A stretch of 64,000 nucleotides of DNA from Antedon mediterranea (GCF_964355755.1 NC_092675.1:15906912-15970911); one strand, 5' to 3'. Counted from the stretch's first letter, positions 12,141 to 26,744 are shown. A program made the numbers and translations. The notes: a model not told the origin generated them from the letters alone.

Positions 12141-13979
12141 AAAATAATTAGAAAATTTGATAAATAGTCTAGTGAGGCAATATTGTGGTCATTTGGTGTT
12201 CATACAGTATTCTCATCCTCTGAATGAGGATTTAATGTTGCATTATCATGTGATCATATTGAAATTCTGCACTTTTGACCAATAGTTTCACGATGGCAAT
12301 CACATAAATTATGTTAAATTCTGACATACAATAGGCTAGCACAATGGAAATCTTTGGGAAAGATCTCCGCCTTGGATACCTTCCTCATCTATATCAGATG
12401 TACTGCGAAACGTAGATTTTATAACATTAGTTGACTATTACGATATTGTTCACATTTCTCTCTTTGGAAGATATCATGGAGGGTTTTAAAACGAAATGTT
12501 GGGTTTCATTGGTATATTTTTAAGCATCGGCGGTAAAGTTAGTTTCAACTAAGTTGGTCGTTGGTGGCAACAGCCATTTTAGTTATTTTTCTATTTTCGG
12601 ACCGCGCATGGGAAGGTACAGTAGTTAGCAATATACTGCAAATTAATAAAGATCAAATTAAATATATTCATAAAGCATCAGAGTATATTGTGGGGAATAG
12701 TATATAAAAAATAGAACTGATGCTATTGATAATACCTTTTGTTTAAAATCGAGTGTTAGGACCATGATGATACTCTGCCTTTGTTGCAAGCCGTTTAAAA
12801 CATCTTCCTTCTTAGACCAATAAAACATAACTTAGAATAATACTGTAGTAAGAGCCAACCATCTAATAAACGCCCATCCACATTTATACACACAATATTG
12901 TAATATTTATAATATATATAGAACCATAATCTACCCTCTAGTAACCTAAATTTACATTAGCAACTACACATAGTAGTCCTTCTTGTTTTTCAAAATCAGA
13001 CTAAGTTTCATAAATAGGTCCTGTATTATTTGACGTCATTTCTACTAATGAATAACTAATGAATGAGAAAGAATGTTACATTACAACTGATATGTAAACA
13101 TTTTGTGTCTACCTATCTGATAATTTAATTTTCAGTGAACAGTAGGTGTATTTGTATTTTTTTGGAAGCTACACTTTTGAAACACAGGCACACATCTTCG
13201 ATGAATGCATCCAGAGTAATTTAATAAAAGTACAGGAAAAGTGATTTATTATAGTAGTACATACTGTACTCAGTATACACACATTTTTTTTATTTTTTTA
13301 TTAAGGTATTATAATTAAATGATAAATAATAATAAATTTGATTGAATGAACAAGTTGTTATCTATAATCTAAATATAAGTTTTGAAAACATGACGTTAAA
13401 ATGTAATTTAATTTCCTTTGGGTTTTTATTGATAAAGCTTTAAATGAAAATCAATTGTTTTTTTATTGGCATTAAGTTCATGTACAGAGAACAAGATTAC
13501 TGCAGTACTGTAATTAGATTGTTATCTATGCAATGACATTGGAGAGAGAGACCTTACCAGTGACAGCGTTTTGTTTAATGCTTTTGTCTTTCCTCGGCTT
13601 CGTGTCTTGTATTTCATATATATATTTCTATGTTTTTTTTGTAATTATTATTTTATGTTTATTGCCGAAATGAATAAAATAAAAATAAAATAACATTGGT
13701 TGTGAAAGAATATTAATGGAAAATACAACTATTTATTAAGTACAAAATAAATTTGTTTTTAGGCTTTTAGAGATTGTAAAGCAAGACGATATAATTATAT
13801 GTGGCTATACAATAGATGGCATCATCTGAAATTAGTTATTGTGGCATTGTGATGAATGGTGGTACAAAAATGTATGAACATTTTAAAATAAATAGTTTTT
13901 TTATTGCCATTGAGTTTATAGTGATTTATTAACAAGCAAGTTTTAAATCAGTAATGATATGGTTATCTCTAATCAATAA

Positions 13980-14249
13980 GCAAGTGACTGCAGTGCAGTA
14001 GTAATAATAAGTTATCTGAGCACTGCAAGTGACTGCAGTGCAGTAGTAATAATAAGTTATCTGAGCACTGCAAGTGACTGCAGTGTAGTAGTAATAATAA
14101 GTTATCTGAGCACTGCAAGTGACTGCAGTGTAGTAGTAATAATAAGTTATCTGAGCACTGCAAGTGACTGCAGTGTAGTAGTAATAATAAGTTATCTGAG
14201 CACTGCAAGTGACTGCAGTGTAGTAGTAATAATAAGTTATCTGAGCACT
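13980..14249. repeat. Minisatellite: 6 x 45 bp (GCAAGTGACTGCAGTGTAGTAGTAATAATAAGTTATCTGAGCACT)
   Basis: Direct reading. Confidence 0.95.
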
Positions 14250-14287
14250 GTAAACAGTAATGTAGAACATCTTTGGAACTCAACAAA

Positions 14288-14420
14288 GTGTCCCCTATAG
14301 AGGTAGGTGTCCCCTATAGAGGTAGGTGTCCCCTATAGAGGTAGGTGTCCCCTATAGAGGTAGGTGTCTCCTATAGAGGTAGGTGTCCCCTATAGAGGTA
14401 GGTGTCCCCTGAATAGGGGT
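14288..14420. repeat. Minisatellite: 6 x 19 bp GTGTCCCCTATAGAGGTAG plus terminal gtgtcccctgaatagggg
   Basis: Period 19; motif related to the 47-bp array. Confidence 0.95.
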
Positions 14421-14998
14421 TGCCTATCATTTATTTCATGGGACTTGGCGTAGTGAACTTTCAGATATAAACAGAAGGATTTTATGAGAATTCTATGCAA
14501 ATCACACTACCATACATTCGCGCTAAAATGTAAATTGTTATCCAGTGCTGTTCAGTTTTTGTTAACTGCTAACTACAGTAGATTGGAGGATGATCTGGTT
14601 TACTGGTTCCTGCAGAATGCTCCAGGCGCCTTAGAACACTTTAACCGGTTATTGCTGTGCAAACTTTAGCTGCAAGTGCAACGCAAAATAACGATAATGT
14701 GCTGCTGACCTTGAGTAACCTACCCTGTACTATAGCAACGTCTGACTGTCTGGAGCACATTGCATTTTGGGTATTGTTAACATTGATTGAACAGTTTTTG
14801 AGAGCACAAATTTAGTAAAAATGCAGTAAAAAATATTTCATAATCTATTTTGAAAACAAATAGTTTATTCGGCACTATACAGCAGAAACCGCACCTACTG
14901 CACAGTAACATATTTTCCAAAGAGATTTCTGTTATTTTAATCATGGTCACGACAAATTTATAATTAATATTAACTCCAATGAAATGATGGTTTTTAAA

Positions 14999-15039
14999 AA
15001 ATTCTTGCAATAAGATACAGTATCTTATTGCAAGAATTT
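14999..15039. repeat. Perfect palindrome, 20-bp arms with 1-nt spacer
   Basis: aaattcttgcaataagatac-a-gtatcttattgcaagaattt. Confidence 0.95.
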
Positions 15040-16393
15040 GTAAAACAATTACGATTACGATTAATATTTATTAATAAATGCATCCGAGTAATTTACAACT
15101 TGGTCCTCCATCAGTCAAAATTGACTCATTAATTTAATTTAATTTAGGATACCTTGTTACCTCACAAAAAACATTGTAATGCCTTTTTTCCGACCTTATT
15201 ATGAAATGCGTGGGTTTGGCAAAGTAGCCGAACCACAACCCTCTCCCCCCCCCCCTCCCATCGCCGACCACCACCCATGACATGCTGGTGACATCCCTGG
15301 ATACTAAAAACATTGCTTTGTAAAATATGATCTACATGTAATCGTAAAAAAAGTAGTTTAGTGTATTTGACAACGCAATAAATTGTTAAATGATTAAGCT
15401 TTAAAAAAGTGAACAGATATCGGCATTACAGTAGATTCTTTAACAGACAGCACAGAGAATTGTAATAGTAGTGATATAATAGCCATGTTAATGTTATAGT
15501 TATTATCAGTAATTAGCTGTTTGACACTGCAATAAATTGCATATATATTAATCACTTTTCTTCGTAATGTTGCTGCATAGTATAGTTAATACTGTAAGCA
15601 TGATCAGGAATATCATATTATATTGTTATATCTAACCTTTCACTATTAAACATTAAACTTAGAGATCGTTTTTCGAGTAACCTATTGTTTTGTGGTACAC
15701 AAACAGCAACAATTAACACATGTAGTCATTTATTTGACTATAAAAAGTAAACTAAAAACCTATCCAAAAAACTACAGTACAGTACTAGTTCTACTGTATA
15801 GAAGACCAAATTGTATGTACATTATTCATTATTAAGATTGCATTCAGCAGTATGAAAAATATTGTACTATTAGTTATTATGGCCACTCCAATTAATAGTA
15901 CTAAATACACACACCAGGGAGTGGGGGCTGGGATTTGTTAAAACAAATGTTAAAATTTGAAGAGAGCTTTACTGTACTCATTTCTTTAAATGAAGGTATG
16001 AGTCTTGTGCTTGTCTACTGTCATCATCATTAATCATGTGGTAATTTGGAAAGTTAATAAAACCATTAGGTTAATAGCAATTTATGTACAAACAATCAAA
16101 TAAAGATTAAATAATAAATAAATCAAGATATCTTACATTGACAATGTAACATTCTATGGAAATAAGCTATTGTTACAGCTAAGGCCCCACCCAATATAAC
16201 AAGCTTCCTAAGTATTAATATAAAAGAAATCATTTTGTTCAATTTAAGAAATATTCTTACGTGAAGTTGTACTTATTTTTTGTAACCATGTTAAAGGGCC
16301 AACTGAGACAAGTTTAGTTCTAGGTTGGTCCTCATTTTTATGCTCTGTATTATTTGTATGACATTTGAATATGATGAAATAAATGTTCAGGTG

Positions 16394-16932
16394 GGGTATG
16401 TTCAGACTCACTGTTATCAAACGCAAGGCATACGGTAATCTGTAGCGTTAAAAGTAAAGGTGTTCAGACACAACGATCAACATTCCAATGCCTTGCGTTT
16501 AAAACACTCTTATCATTAGGTCTAAGCAAATAGAACTATGCATACAGTACATTCATTCATTCAAAATAATTTCAAACATATTTTACACGGGACAATTATC
16601 TGATTATTGTATTTAATTTATGAAAATATCATATCTATGACGCCAACTGTACTGTTCTTTAAAATTGAAAACTGACAGTTTGACGTTTAGCTCACTGTAC
16701 AGGCATGCTGTTGGGTCTGCTAATCGTGGTCGTGTCTTTTCATTGGTTATGGTTAAAATCACTGATGCATCACTGGATTAGCGTTATTAAATCTACCCTC
16801 TCCTGCTAGAGTTATTAACGCCACTGGCAAGACGTAACAGCTCCCTAACGCTAATCCATGGCCTAGTTCAAACACAAAAATATGTACTCCACTTACATAA
16901 CGCACCTTAACGCTGGGAGTCTGAACATACCC
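16394..16932. mobile_element. Harbinger-like MITE
   Basis: TIRs GGGTATGTTCAGACTC / GAGTCTGAACATACCC; right flank TAA, left duplication not preserved. Confidence 0.7.
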
Positions 16933-17914
16933 TAAGTATATAATTTGCAATGGTAATTTAACCACAGAAACACAAACAAAAGTTACAATTAAGAAAAGAA
17001 TATACTTTTGATAGACAATATACATTATTATTTATACTAGTATATTATTTTATAATATACATTAAAATATTATAAATAACATTTCGTTATTTAAAATTAG
17101 TCTGACCATTCATTTAAGCTAAACAGGCAATGAAACACATACTGGTAAACTCAACTTTCAAACACATGATGTTGTTATTACAATTATTATGTCAATGTGC
17201 AAGACATTGAAATTAAAGAAAGCATTGTTACATGGAGCATGAGTCATACAAGATCTATGATTAATTACACCAAAATAAAATGAAGAGACAAAGAAGAACA
17301 GATAATCATCATCATGCTTAACATACAACATCTATTTTGACAGCGTCACACAAACATTTTGAGTTCACTAACAATGATCTAGTATAATGATGTAGTAAGG
17401 AGCCAGGCTAACGAGATTCAATGCATACTCAGTGCGTCATATACTGTATTAATGTACAATTTTCATCAACATCAGATTTGTCATTAATTTGTAATGTGGT
17501 TTAATAAACAATTAAATGCTTTGATGCCAGTTATAACTAATTACTATAATAAACTATTTTTAATTTGAATCTACATAAATTACTGTACAGTAATAGCTAC
17601 AGTACTTAATTAAGATTAATTAATTGAGTTGGCTAATGACAATGTTTGCCTCTATGTATAAAACAGTTAACATACAGCCTTTGATTGGTTTATTTAAAAT
17701 GTTTTTTTTACCGTTACGAATAAACGCCCGTTGTTTATATAAGGAGGCGATTATTTTTGGTGTAACAATAAAATGTTACTAACATAATCAAATAAATACC
17801 CACTAGATATGAAAAAATACAAGTCACGTGATAAAATACAATTTAAAAATTGTATCAAAATGCTTGGTAAATTGTAGATCATGCAAATCATTTAATTGTA
17901 CTACTGTACAAATA

Positions 17915-18664
17915 AACAAGGCCAACAGCCATTAAGTCGCGTGCTACCATGCATAGTGATACCGGACCGACAGACAAACAGACCGACAGACAGACGGACC
18001 GACCAACATAGTGAACTATACTGACCGAAATTACTGAACATGTTTAAAAATGTTGAAATGTTTAAAAACATTTATATTTTTTTAATTTACACGTGCGTAG
18101 CCCGTCACTTTTGACGTGCTCGTATAACGTAATTTCGAGTTGAAAAGTAAGTCAAGAAAACAGAAATCGGGCAAAAAGAGTGCGCAATAACATTTAACGC
18201 GCAGTGCGCGCGCAGAAATCTGCGCACTCATGGCAATTTTGTAAACGCTTAAAATTGCCTGAAACGTACTCTTATTTCATCGAAAATAAATTTTGAAAAT
18301 GTTAAGCGCGCGTACGCATGCGTTACATGCGCTACGCACGTAATTGTATTGCCATATGATGATTTATGCCCTGAAATTTATGAGTACCAAATTTTATTTA
18401 ATTGTGATTCATGGTTGTTAAGATATGATTACAAACGTGATTTCGTTAAATCGAGCGTAGACCGCGTAATTTTTTATTGCGCACCGTGAAAACATAACCA
18501 CATCGATTCCTGGCCATAAGGAATATTCTGTGAAAAATTGACTTAGCTAGATTAAACTGATATCAAGATAAGGTCATAAAGCGATAAAACGCATAGTGAT
18601 ACCGGACCGACAGACAGACAGACCGACATAGTGAACTATAGAGTCGCTTCCACGCGACTAAAAA
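17915..18664 (+). mobile_element. DINE-1/HINE-like non-autonomous Helentron
   Basis: 5' agtcgcgtg sub-terminal repeat, (GACA/GACC)n microsatellite blocks, 3' stem-loop agtcgc-ttccac-gcgact followed by aaaaa. Confidence 0.7.
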
Positions 18665-20479
18665 CCTTAATATTTATATTGTTTGTATGTGGCGGGGCGT
18701 TTATTTAAGGAAATAAATACAAGAGGCGGGCAGGGGGCCATTTGTTATTTGAATAAATACGGTAATTATTTATTACAATATTGAGGTTATCATTATCCTT
18801 ATGCTTTGTATTGAAATACAAAGTATGGTACAGAACTATAGTTTGGTCTAATGTCATTCACTGAGTCTAAAAAGAGTACCCTAATAAATCTTCATTTATA
18901 TTCACAAACCATTATTGTAAATAAGTGGTCTAGACAAGCTAGTGATTAGTCTGGAATAATGAAGACTAGTTATACCCTGCAAAGTGACTGGGGAGAAGGC
19001 CAGAATCTGAATCACATCCTTGTTAAACATAACAGCTAATGTATAAATCTGCTACATAAAACGTATGGATTATGTTACTTTAGAAACTAATCATAGCTAC
19101 TATCCAGTTAGTGGAACATGTACATGTAAAATTGCTGTACAAGCATAAATTGTGATTCATTCTGCTTTATGATCACCATGGGAGTTTGACAATGGTATTT
19201 AATGTTTTGCATAATCATAAAGAGCATAGAAATGTACACGTATTCATATGTTGCACCAGATTGGGTGAATCCTTTGTTTCTATATTTTCTGTCATCTTTT
19301 ATTACAAGCTCTCAAGTTGAGTGCTTTTCTATTTTTTCTCGTACTGGTAAACTATCTCTTAAGCCGTTCATATCTACTTAGCTGCACTGAATTTCAATTT
19401 ACAATTATTACGCAGGATGGCATTTAAGAGTTTAAGTAATAAGAACAATTTATTTATCAAAGTAAGGTTTACTGTACGTGGGCTGCAGAGATGATATGTT
19501 GTTGTCCTGTTTATTCAAATATCGTGCTTAATCACAAGAAGCCATTTTTTTCTGACTGCAGTTTGTTTCTCCTAAACTACTTTCCATAAGGATTCATTGA
19601 ACTTTTTATGAATGAATTATAAAGTTTCTTTAAACTTTCAATTTGGCATCAAGAAAAGCTATAAAACTGAATAGAGGGGTGGGAAGGATTCTTGTGAGTC
19701 CAACTTTTAATGATTAATCAATATATAGGAAACTTAAATAGTACTTGTGGGAAAAAGTATGTTCATTTGGTTTTATAATAATTCAAAAATATCTATAACA
19801 CCTAGATAAATTCCTGTCAATTGATTGGATGATTGTCACAATAGTACGTACTATATAACGATGGCGTTGTACATGTAGTACAACGATGGCGTTGTACATG
19901 TAGTACCAATTTTTTTGTATTCGGAAAAAAAATCTGTGAAAAAGTGAAATCTAACAGCAGAACTGGAAGCAGTGAGGAGCAACCTTAGCAAGCAGTAATA
20001 ATACAAGTTACAAAGTTAAAATCTGATTTTACAACAACTTACTGTGGCATTAAAATAAACATAGTTTTCGAAGGAGAAATCTAACTACATATTGATGGGG
20101 TAAATACTTTACACTCTTTACCAGATTTTATATTGTACTGTATTAGGAAGACCACACGACAACAGTTTCTACTGCTACTGCTAACAAGCAATAAGACAGA
20201 TGATGACAATTAAGCTGGTCAGATTCACACAGATTGTAATTGTGTATGACTTTTAAACAATTGCTAAACAAATGGAAACGTGCTCAGAATATATTATGTA
20301 AAAAGTTTGCGAGTGACGAGTACTGAAACTGCTAAAATGCAGGTTACACTAACAGCAGAAAAAATACTTGTAATAAAATATCAATAAATGTGGGGGAAAA
20401 TTAACCTGTAATTTGCAGCACAGCAACAAGGGTCCCTTCGTGTCAAGTTATGCCACTAAAAAGAGCCCATTTGTCTGAC

Positions 20480-20750
20480 CACAACGACAGGGGCTAAATG
20501 GACTGGACCAGTATACTGGGGTTAACCCCCTACTTTTCCAAAAGATGAACTTGGTTCTTTAGAGTGCACAAAAGCCAGGTATGTACAACAGACCTCCATT
20601 CCTATCTGAGAAGACTTGTTCTACCACTAGAACAATGGTCAAGGAGTGACCTGAACCCAGGTGCTGATTGTATACTATGGTTTGCGGCGCTGTCTTAGTG
20701 TAACTGCTTGGCGGCGCTGTCTTAGTGTAACTGCTTGGCCACTCAACTCA
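20480..20750 (-). mobile_element. Older copy of the Deu/Nin-like SINE
   Basis: Matches 10350-10585 with many substitutions; 27-bp duplication in the head. Confidence 0.75.
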
Positions 20751-22111
20751 ACCAAAATACAATACAAATAAGTATAAAACTGGAAATTCTAAAATGTTGT
20801 ATATTATTTATACTGGATGACAGTTCTCCCAGAGAGCCCAGTACACACCATACTGTTTACCAAGTTCTTAAATATTCAGAGGTGCAATGTACTGTACAGT
20901 AGGACAAGGCAGTGAGGGTATCTTGTCTAAATGATATAGTAACTAGCAATTTGGTACAGTCAACTCTAGCCTTTCACATGATATTTCTTAATTATTTCTG
21001 ACCATATACAGTACTCACACCAATTTCTAAAAATGACCGAACATTGATTGTCTAACATTGTACAGAGGGAATACTCAATGGAAAGACACTTCGCTGCTAA
21101 CAACTCCAAGCTGTTCATTACTGTATAAATCCTTAACTGATACTACTGTAGGTCTCAGAATATCAAATTTATAATAAAATGTTACTAACTGCTAGTACTA
21201 CTAATAAATAATAAAAGTAACGGTACAAAGACAATGTAAAATGTAATTGTTAAATAATTTGTATATGATTGTAGTTTGTACAGTACAGCATGGACATACA
21301 GTACTCTACTGTATACTGTAGTACAGTAGTAAACATGTACAGGAATTACTGTAGTTACTGTACAGTACATTTTTACACTGTATGGAAAAACAAAATACAG
21401 TACAGAATTTAAAAAAAAAAAAATGTATGATTTAAGTTTAATATTTGTTGTTACTGTACATGCTGGCACACACAATTTCTAAGAATTATTTTCCTATTGA
21501 CACACTACAGTTTTTTAAAATCTAGTACGTACTGACTGTGTAAACAAATAAATTACAATGCGTTATGCAGTGTGTGATCAATACATGCTAAAGTGACTAA
21601 AAGCATACTGTAAGTCTGTATAATGGTAGTCTACAGAAAACATAATTACAGTATGTTGCCAGATTGTGTTCAAAAATAAAATGTCTGCTTTTAAAAAAGG
21701 TCAAATGAGGTTTAAATAAAATTATTATATTGTAGTACACAATAAAAGTTTATTGTGATTGTCAGAGATCATCGTCATCATGATAATATTAATAATAATA
21801 ATTGTTGTGTCTCGCGTATCTCTAAAACTTGCAAGTCATAACATTTTAGAACTTTCACAACATATCGTCATTTACATGAATGAAGTTGTGCAGCTAACAT
21901 TTCTTAACGTTACAATTTTATAAATTTCGTATAATTACAGTAACATAGGTCGAAAACCAAATAACACTTATTAAATTGAAGCTTAGCAAACATGTAATTT
22001 ATATCATGCGCTAACTTTCTGTTGAAAAAAATGTAATGTTCCAAAGAAAGTTAAATTAAAAATGCAAAAAATCAATTTCTAATCAATTTTCTATGCATTT
22101 TATGTAATTTT

Positions 22112-22746
22112 AAAGTCCCATTCCATACATTTTTTAGATCTAATTTAGGTTCACAAATTACATTTAATGTAAAAATAAATACTACAGTATACTGTATGGT
22201 CCTATTGAAATAACTTTTTTCGTCTTCAAACAGTTAAAAATGTAAGAAAAAAGTTGATTCTGATAATTTAAGCGGCCCACAGATTAATATGTTCGTTTTT
22301 CTTAAACTGTAATTCACCCACTTTTCGATCGATTGTGAGGCCAAAACAAATGGAAGACTCCTAAATTTTCAGCGAAAATACCAGGTTTCCCCCAATTCTG
22401 GAAAAAACAAAAAGACAAATAATGCAGCAACTACAGTACTGTATACATCAGGCTAGGCCTATAGTTACTGTAGCGTAAGATGTTCGTACTGTACATTACC
22501 GATGTTTACCAGCTAGGCCTACAAAACAAAGCCTACTGTAGCTACAGTAGGCTAGGCCTAAAGACCGTCCATGAGAGGACATTCAATGCGAACTACTTAG
22601 GTGGTACATTGTTTCTCTCTTTTTATCATAATTTACCATAAAACGTACATTTTAAGACAAGGAATGACATGGTTTAATGTTTTTAAAGTAATATATATAT
22701 TGCATTACTTTTACAAAATGTCACAATTGATAGGGAATGGGATGTA
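22112..22746. mobile_element. Possible Kolobok-like non-autonomous DNA element
   Basis: ttaaagtcccattccatac ... gatagggaatgggatgtaa imperfect TIRs. Confidence 0.35.
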
Positions 22747-24652
22747 AAAAATAGGAAAATGGGAACATAAAAATGTCCACGAGCGCAAAAATGTTCACAC
22801 GCGGGGTGCACACACATAACGTTAAAAACATAACTTGTTTGCATGAATTGTGTTTTCCATCCTTTTCTAGCAATTTAGCTAATTCGACATAAAATCATGT
22901 CATATAAGCACATCAAATTAGACAATTATGAAAAAGTTAAAAAATTGGTTGTTTTGAGGCCATCATACAGTATGTCCAGTTGTATTTTCATCTTTTGCGT
23001 TGTAGTTCATCACAATAAACAAGCATGCATCTATATTCTACGTATCCAAATTTCTTAAACATATTAATATGTTGTTGCTCAGATAATTCCCTTCCCAATT
23101 TGCTATCTACGTGTTTCATTTTGATGATGTCATCATGTTAAAAATTGAAATAAATGGCGGGTCCCGTTATTTTCATCTATGCTGCACTGTATGAATAGTG
23201 TATACTGTACTGTACAATACATAAGATACTTAAACAACATTTTATTTCAGGTCACAGTGGCATAATAAATCGTATGCGTTTTGCATTTGCGCAGCGGATA
23301 ACATCAAATCTAGTTTATCTTAATTACATTTTCCATAAATGTTTAATTATTGTATACTATTATTTATCATACAGTACATTTAAGTAACTGTAAAACGTAG
23401 TAAAAATCATAATTTATATACTGTATTGTGGATAATGTTTTTTATTTCATATAAATACTACAGTGAATCTGAACTGTGAATGAGAATATACTTGTAAAAT
23501 AACTTTCAATAAAAGACATTTTTTTACATACTGTAGTACAGTATCTTAATTTCCTCGATTTGTCACGTCCTACTGTACATTTGGCGTTCAAACAATTTTA
23601 ATCCCTGCAACTTAAAATATCAACAATAAATGTGTCAGAAAATCACGATATTCTAACAATAAAATGAGTTAAACCTGTTCGTATATTATTTCCTTATATT
23701 ATACTGTTTATAAATTTTATTTTTTTTTGCTTTAAATAAATAAATTTTCTACTGTAAACGAATTAGGGTATAAAGATTATAAAAATTATGCAAACTTTAA
23801 AATTTATATATTTTTAATATAATTGACTGCAAAAATTTAAGGCCACAAAAATAAAGGATTTGTTCACATTATAAGTAAACAGTATCATTCATTCAGCACT
23901 ACAGTAAGTTTTGAAACAACTTCCTCTTCCTGGTACAGTAAATTATACAGCTGCAATATTGAAAGTTCAAGGGAAAATTGTTCCTTTAAAAGGAACTAGT
24001 AAATGTTATAGCCTTCAGTCAACAGAATCATTATGAGGTCTTTTAAATTAAGCCTTGTTTGATGACTAATAAAGTCATTATTTATAATTGTTTATCAAGT
24101 AATCTTTCAGATTCAACAGGCCGGCAAATACATGCAATGACAATTTGTAAGCAGGTGACATTGCTTTTATTATTTTTATTATCATTGAATAATATTCATA
24201 AAGTAAATAATAAATAAGACTGAGAGTGGATAACTTTTAAAGAAAAAAAACAAGGAAGTTTAAATAAAATCAATAAAAACACTTTTACACTGACATATTA
24301 ATCAGAAAATTCATGACAAATATCACACAAAAAAATCACTAATTTGTGACTTGAGTCCCAGAGAGATTTCTAAAATAACCGGTTTATCTAAAATAGTAAT
24401 TATTTTATTAACTTTATTATATGGATTTTAAATCTGCATTCAACTAGTAAGCACTTTTTTGGATTTTTGTGAAAATGAATGAAATATTGTATTCATGATT
24501 TACAGAAATTCTGTGTCAAAATTAGTACAACATAGGGCCTACTACTTTAAACAGATAGGCCTGTGTTGTGTTTCAAAATGACTGTATATATGAAGGCCTA
24601 GCTAGCAGGCCTACTTATTTACCACAAACCAGACATATGATATATTATTTAC

Positions 24653-24883
24653 CTTTAGTCTTCGTGATTGTGTTGTTGTTGCAGGTTATATGACAACAGT
24701 CACACAACCACACACTGCAAAACCAAACTTCCCCTCTCTCCCCAACAAGAAGCAAGCTGCTTGCTTGGGCTTGCTTGGGCTTCAGAGTTTCTCACTTGCT
24801 TCCACAACTTATCCACTTCTTTGTTGGTAAACACAGTCTCGTCAGAAAAAATGAGATTTATGTTTTCCCTCCATTAAATTTTC
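24653..24883 (-). other. Probable non-coding 5'-UTR exon of the minus-strand gene; contains a 10-codon uORF MEGKHKSHFF
   Basis: Acceptor tttttattttctggcag, donor AAAG|gtaaat; stops in all three frames; a further donor TA|gtgagt at 24967 gives an 84-nt intron. Confidence 0.4.
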
Positions 24884-24967
24884 CTGCCAGAAAATAAAAA
24901 TTAGCATTCATTATAACTGAGAAATAATACAAGAAAATATACTCATTTACAATAAAATTTAACTCAC

Positions 24968-25065
24968 TACTTCCGTGTAACATTTTTCCACCCGAAAAAC
25001 ATACTTCTCAAAAAAATACAATTCGATCTGTTTGGGGTCAGAGGTTATTACACAGCGCCCACTAT
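24968..25065 (-). promoter_or_regulatory. Candidate first exon/promoter of the minus-strand gene
   Basis: ETS-like CGGAAGT at 24969-24975 next to a gtgagt donor; lies at the edge of the transposon pile-up. Confidence 0.3.
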
Positions 25066-25555
25066 TTCTATTTCCCACTTTAAAAATGGGAAGTTTGTTT
25101 GATGGTTTCTAAATTTTAAAGTTTATGATTTGCACTGTTACTGTCACGAATTATTGTAGTAATTGAGACTGATTAAATGAACTAGTACACATACATCATA
25201 AAGCCATGTTTATATCGACAAAGAAAAAAATAATGTAAAAAAAAAATAACGGCACTCTGTGCGCGCTGCATGGACAATTATCGCTCCTAGTAGTTATAAG
25301 GGGCGCTATACATGCTATGTTTGTAATTTTTCATGACCCATTTCATTAAAATCACTATTAAAAACTGAATTTCATGTGATGTACAGAGACATTTTTAAAA
25401 TTGAAAGTCTCTCATGAAAAGCTATAAAAACATATTTAACTATTTTAAAAACACATTTAACAGAACAGCACATATTATTTAAAATTGTCATCAAAAGATA
25501 TTGGATATTATGATGAGCATAATATAAATTAATTGCTACTATATACAATGTTTAA

Positions 25556-26062
25556 AGATGTATTGTCCCTTTGACTAATTCGAAAAAATTTTTTAAAAAA
25601 GATTTTGAAAAAGTGGGTCATTTTGAAGTATCATAATAGTTATTACGGTAACTTTCACCAAAAATTAGTCGAAAAAAAATCATTTAACTGAAAAATAGAC
25701 GTTTTTTGTTTAAAAAAAAAATTTTACTTCCAGTCAAAGTTTTCGATCAAAACATATCTCATATACAACGCGCTTGTTTGGCTACTCTGTATGCATAAAC
25801 ATAAAACTTCCTCGCGATCTGTGTAAAAACACCATCTCAATGCATACTCGTGGTTTGACATCTTCGTTTACTTTCGCTCGCGCCGATTTTCCAAACGAAA
25901 ATGTAATCAAATTAATTTACCTATTAATTACGTAAACTTGTGGTTTTTGGCTCGAATTTTCGACTTGAAACGTGAATAACGTTAATATTACTTTGATATG
26001 GCCTATTTAAATTTAGAATATTATGAAATTCATTTTTTTGTGTTTCAAAGGACAATACATCT
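25556..26062. mobile_element. Kolobok-like MITE
   Basis: TTAA|AGATGTATTGTCC ... GGACAATACATCT|TTAA; solo end of the same family at about 62664-62684. Confidence 0.75.
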
Positions 26063-26744
26063 TTAAAAAACAAAGAAATTGAGGTAAAATATTGGTATTT
26101 GGGCACAAATTTGGTTCTTCTTTCCGAAAGGATTTTTCTATCAGACACTGCAGGGGCATTATTATGACTTTCGTAATATTTAGGCCTACTAAGTTACCGT
26201 ACTTCAGTAATGCCATACCGCAACATGTAAAGGTTTATGAAGAAGTTTGTAAAGTTTTCTAAAGAGAGCTTGAAGTTTAAAGACTAAACAAAATGTTACT
26301 GCAGTACTGACAATAACTAACAATAATGATATGCGCGTGTCTATGATTAGACTTGCCCCAAGTCTGTATTATCTTTTTTTTTTTTATTCATTTGTTTTTA
26401 TTTCGACCGCGATTTTTGTCTGAAAATACAAAATCAAGTAGTATACGTATGAAACGCCATATGTGCCAAAATATTTATCTTTTTACTAATATTAAGACAA
26501 AACTCCGTCTGGAGCCCAGACTAGTCTATGATTTGTCACAATCACAATAACCCACTAGGCTATCTTATTGTAGATACCACCAGCTACCAATATTATAATC
26601 TAGCAAATTGTAAAGAATATCAAATGGCCTATTACAGACCACCTATAATAGTCCTGGAAGACCAGACTAAAGTTTGACTAGAGACCCACTGCCCCTTCCC
26701 ACACTGGCACTGCATACCCAAATAGCCTACATAGATATTGCAGA

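Noticed and set aside
13929-14286. ORFs with repeated YYYYY or LLLLL motifs
   Set aside because: They result from a 45-bp stop-free tandem unit; no gene context
14484-14790. Coding-looking stretch (LEDDLVYWFLQNAPGALEHF)
   Set aside because: No recognisable motif, stop codons, no convincing splice pair; would need BLASTX
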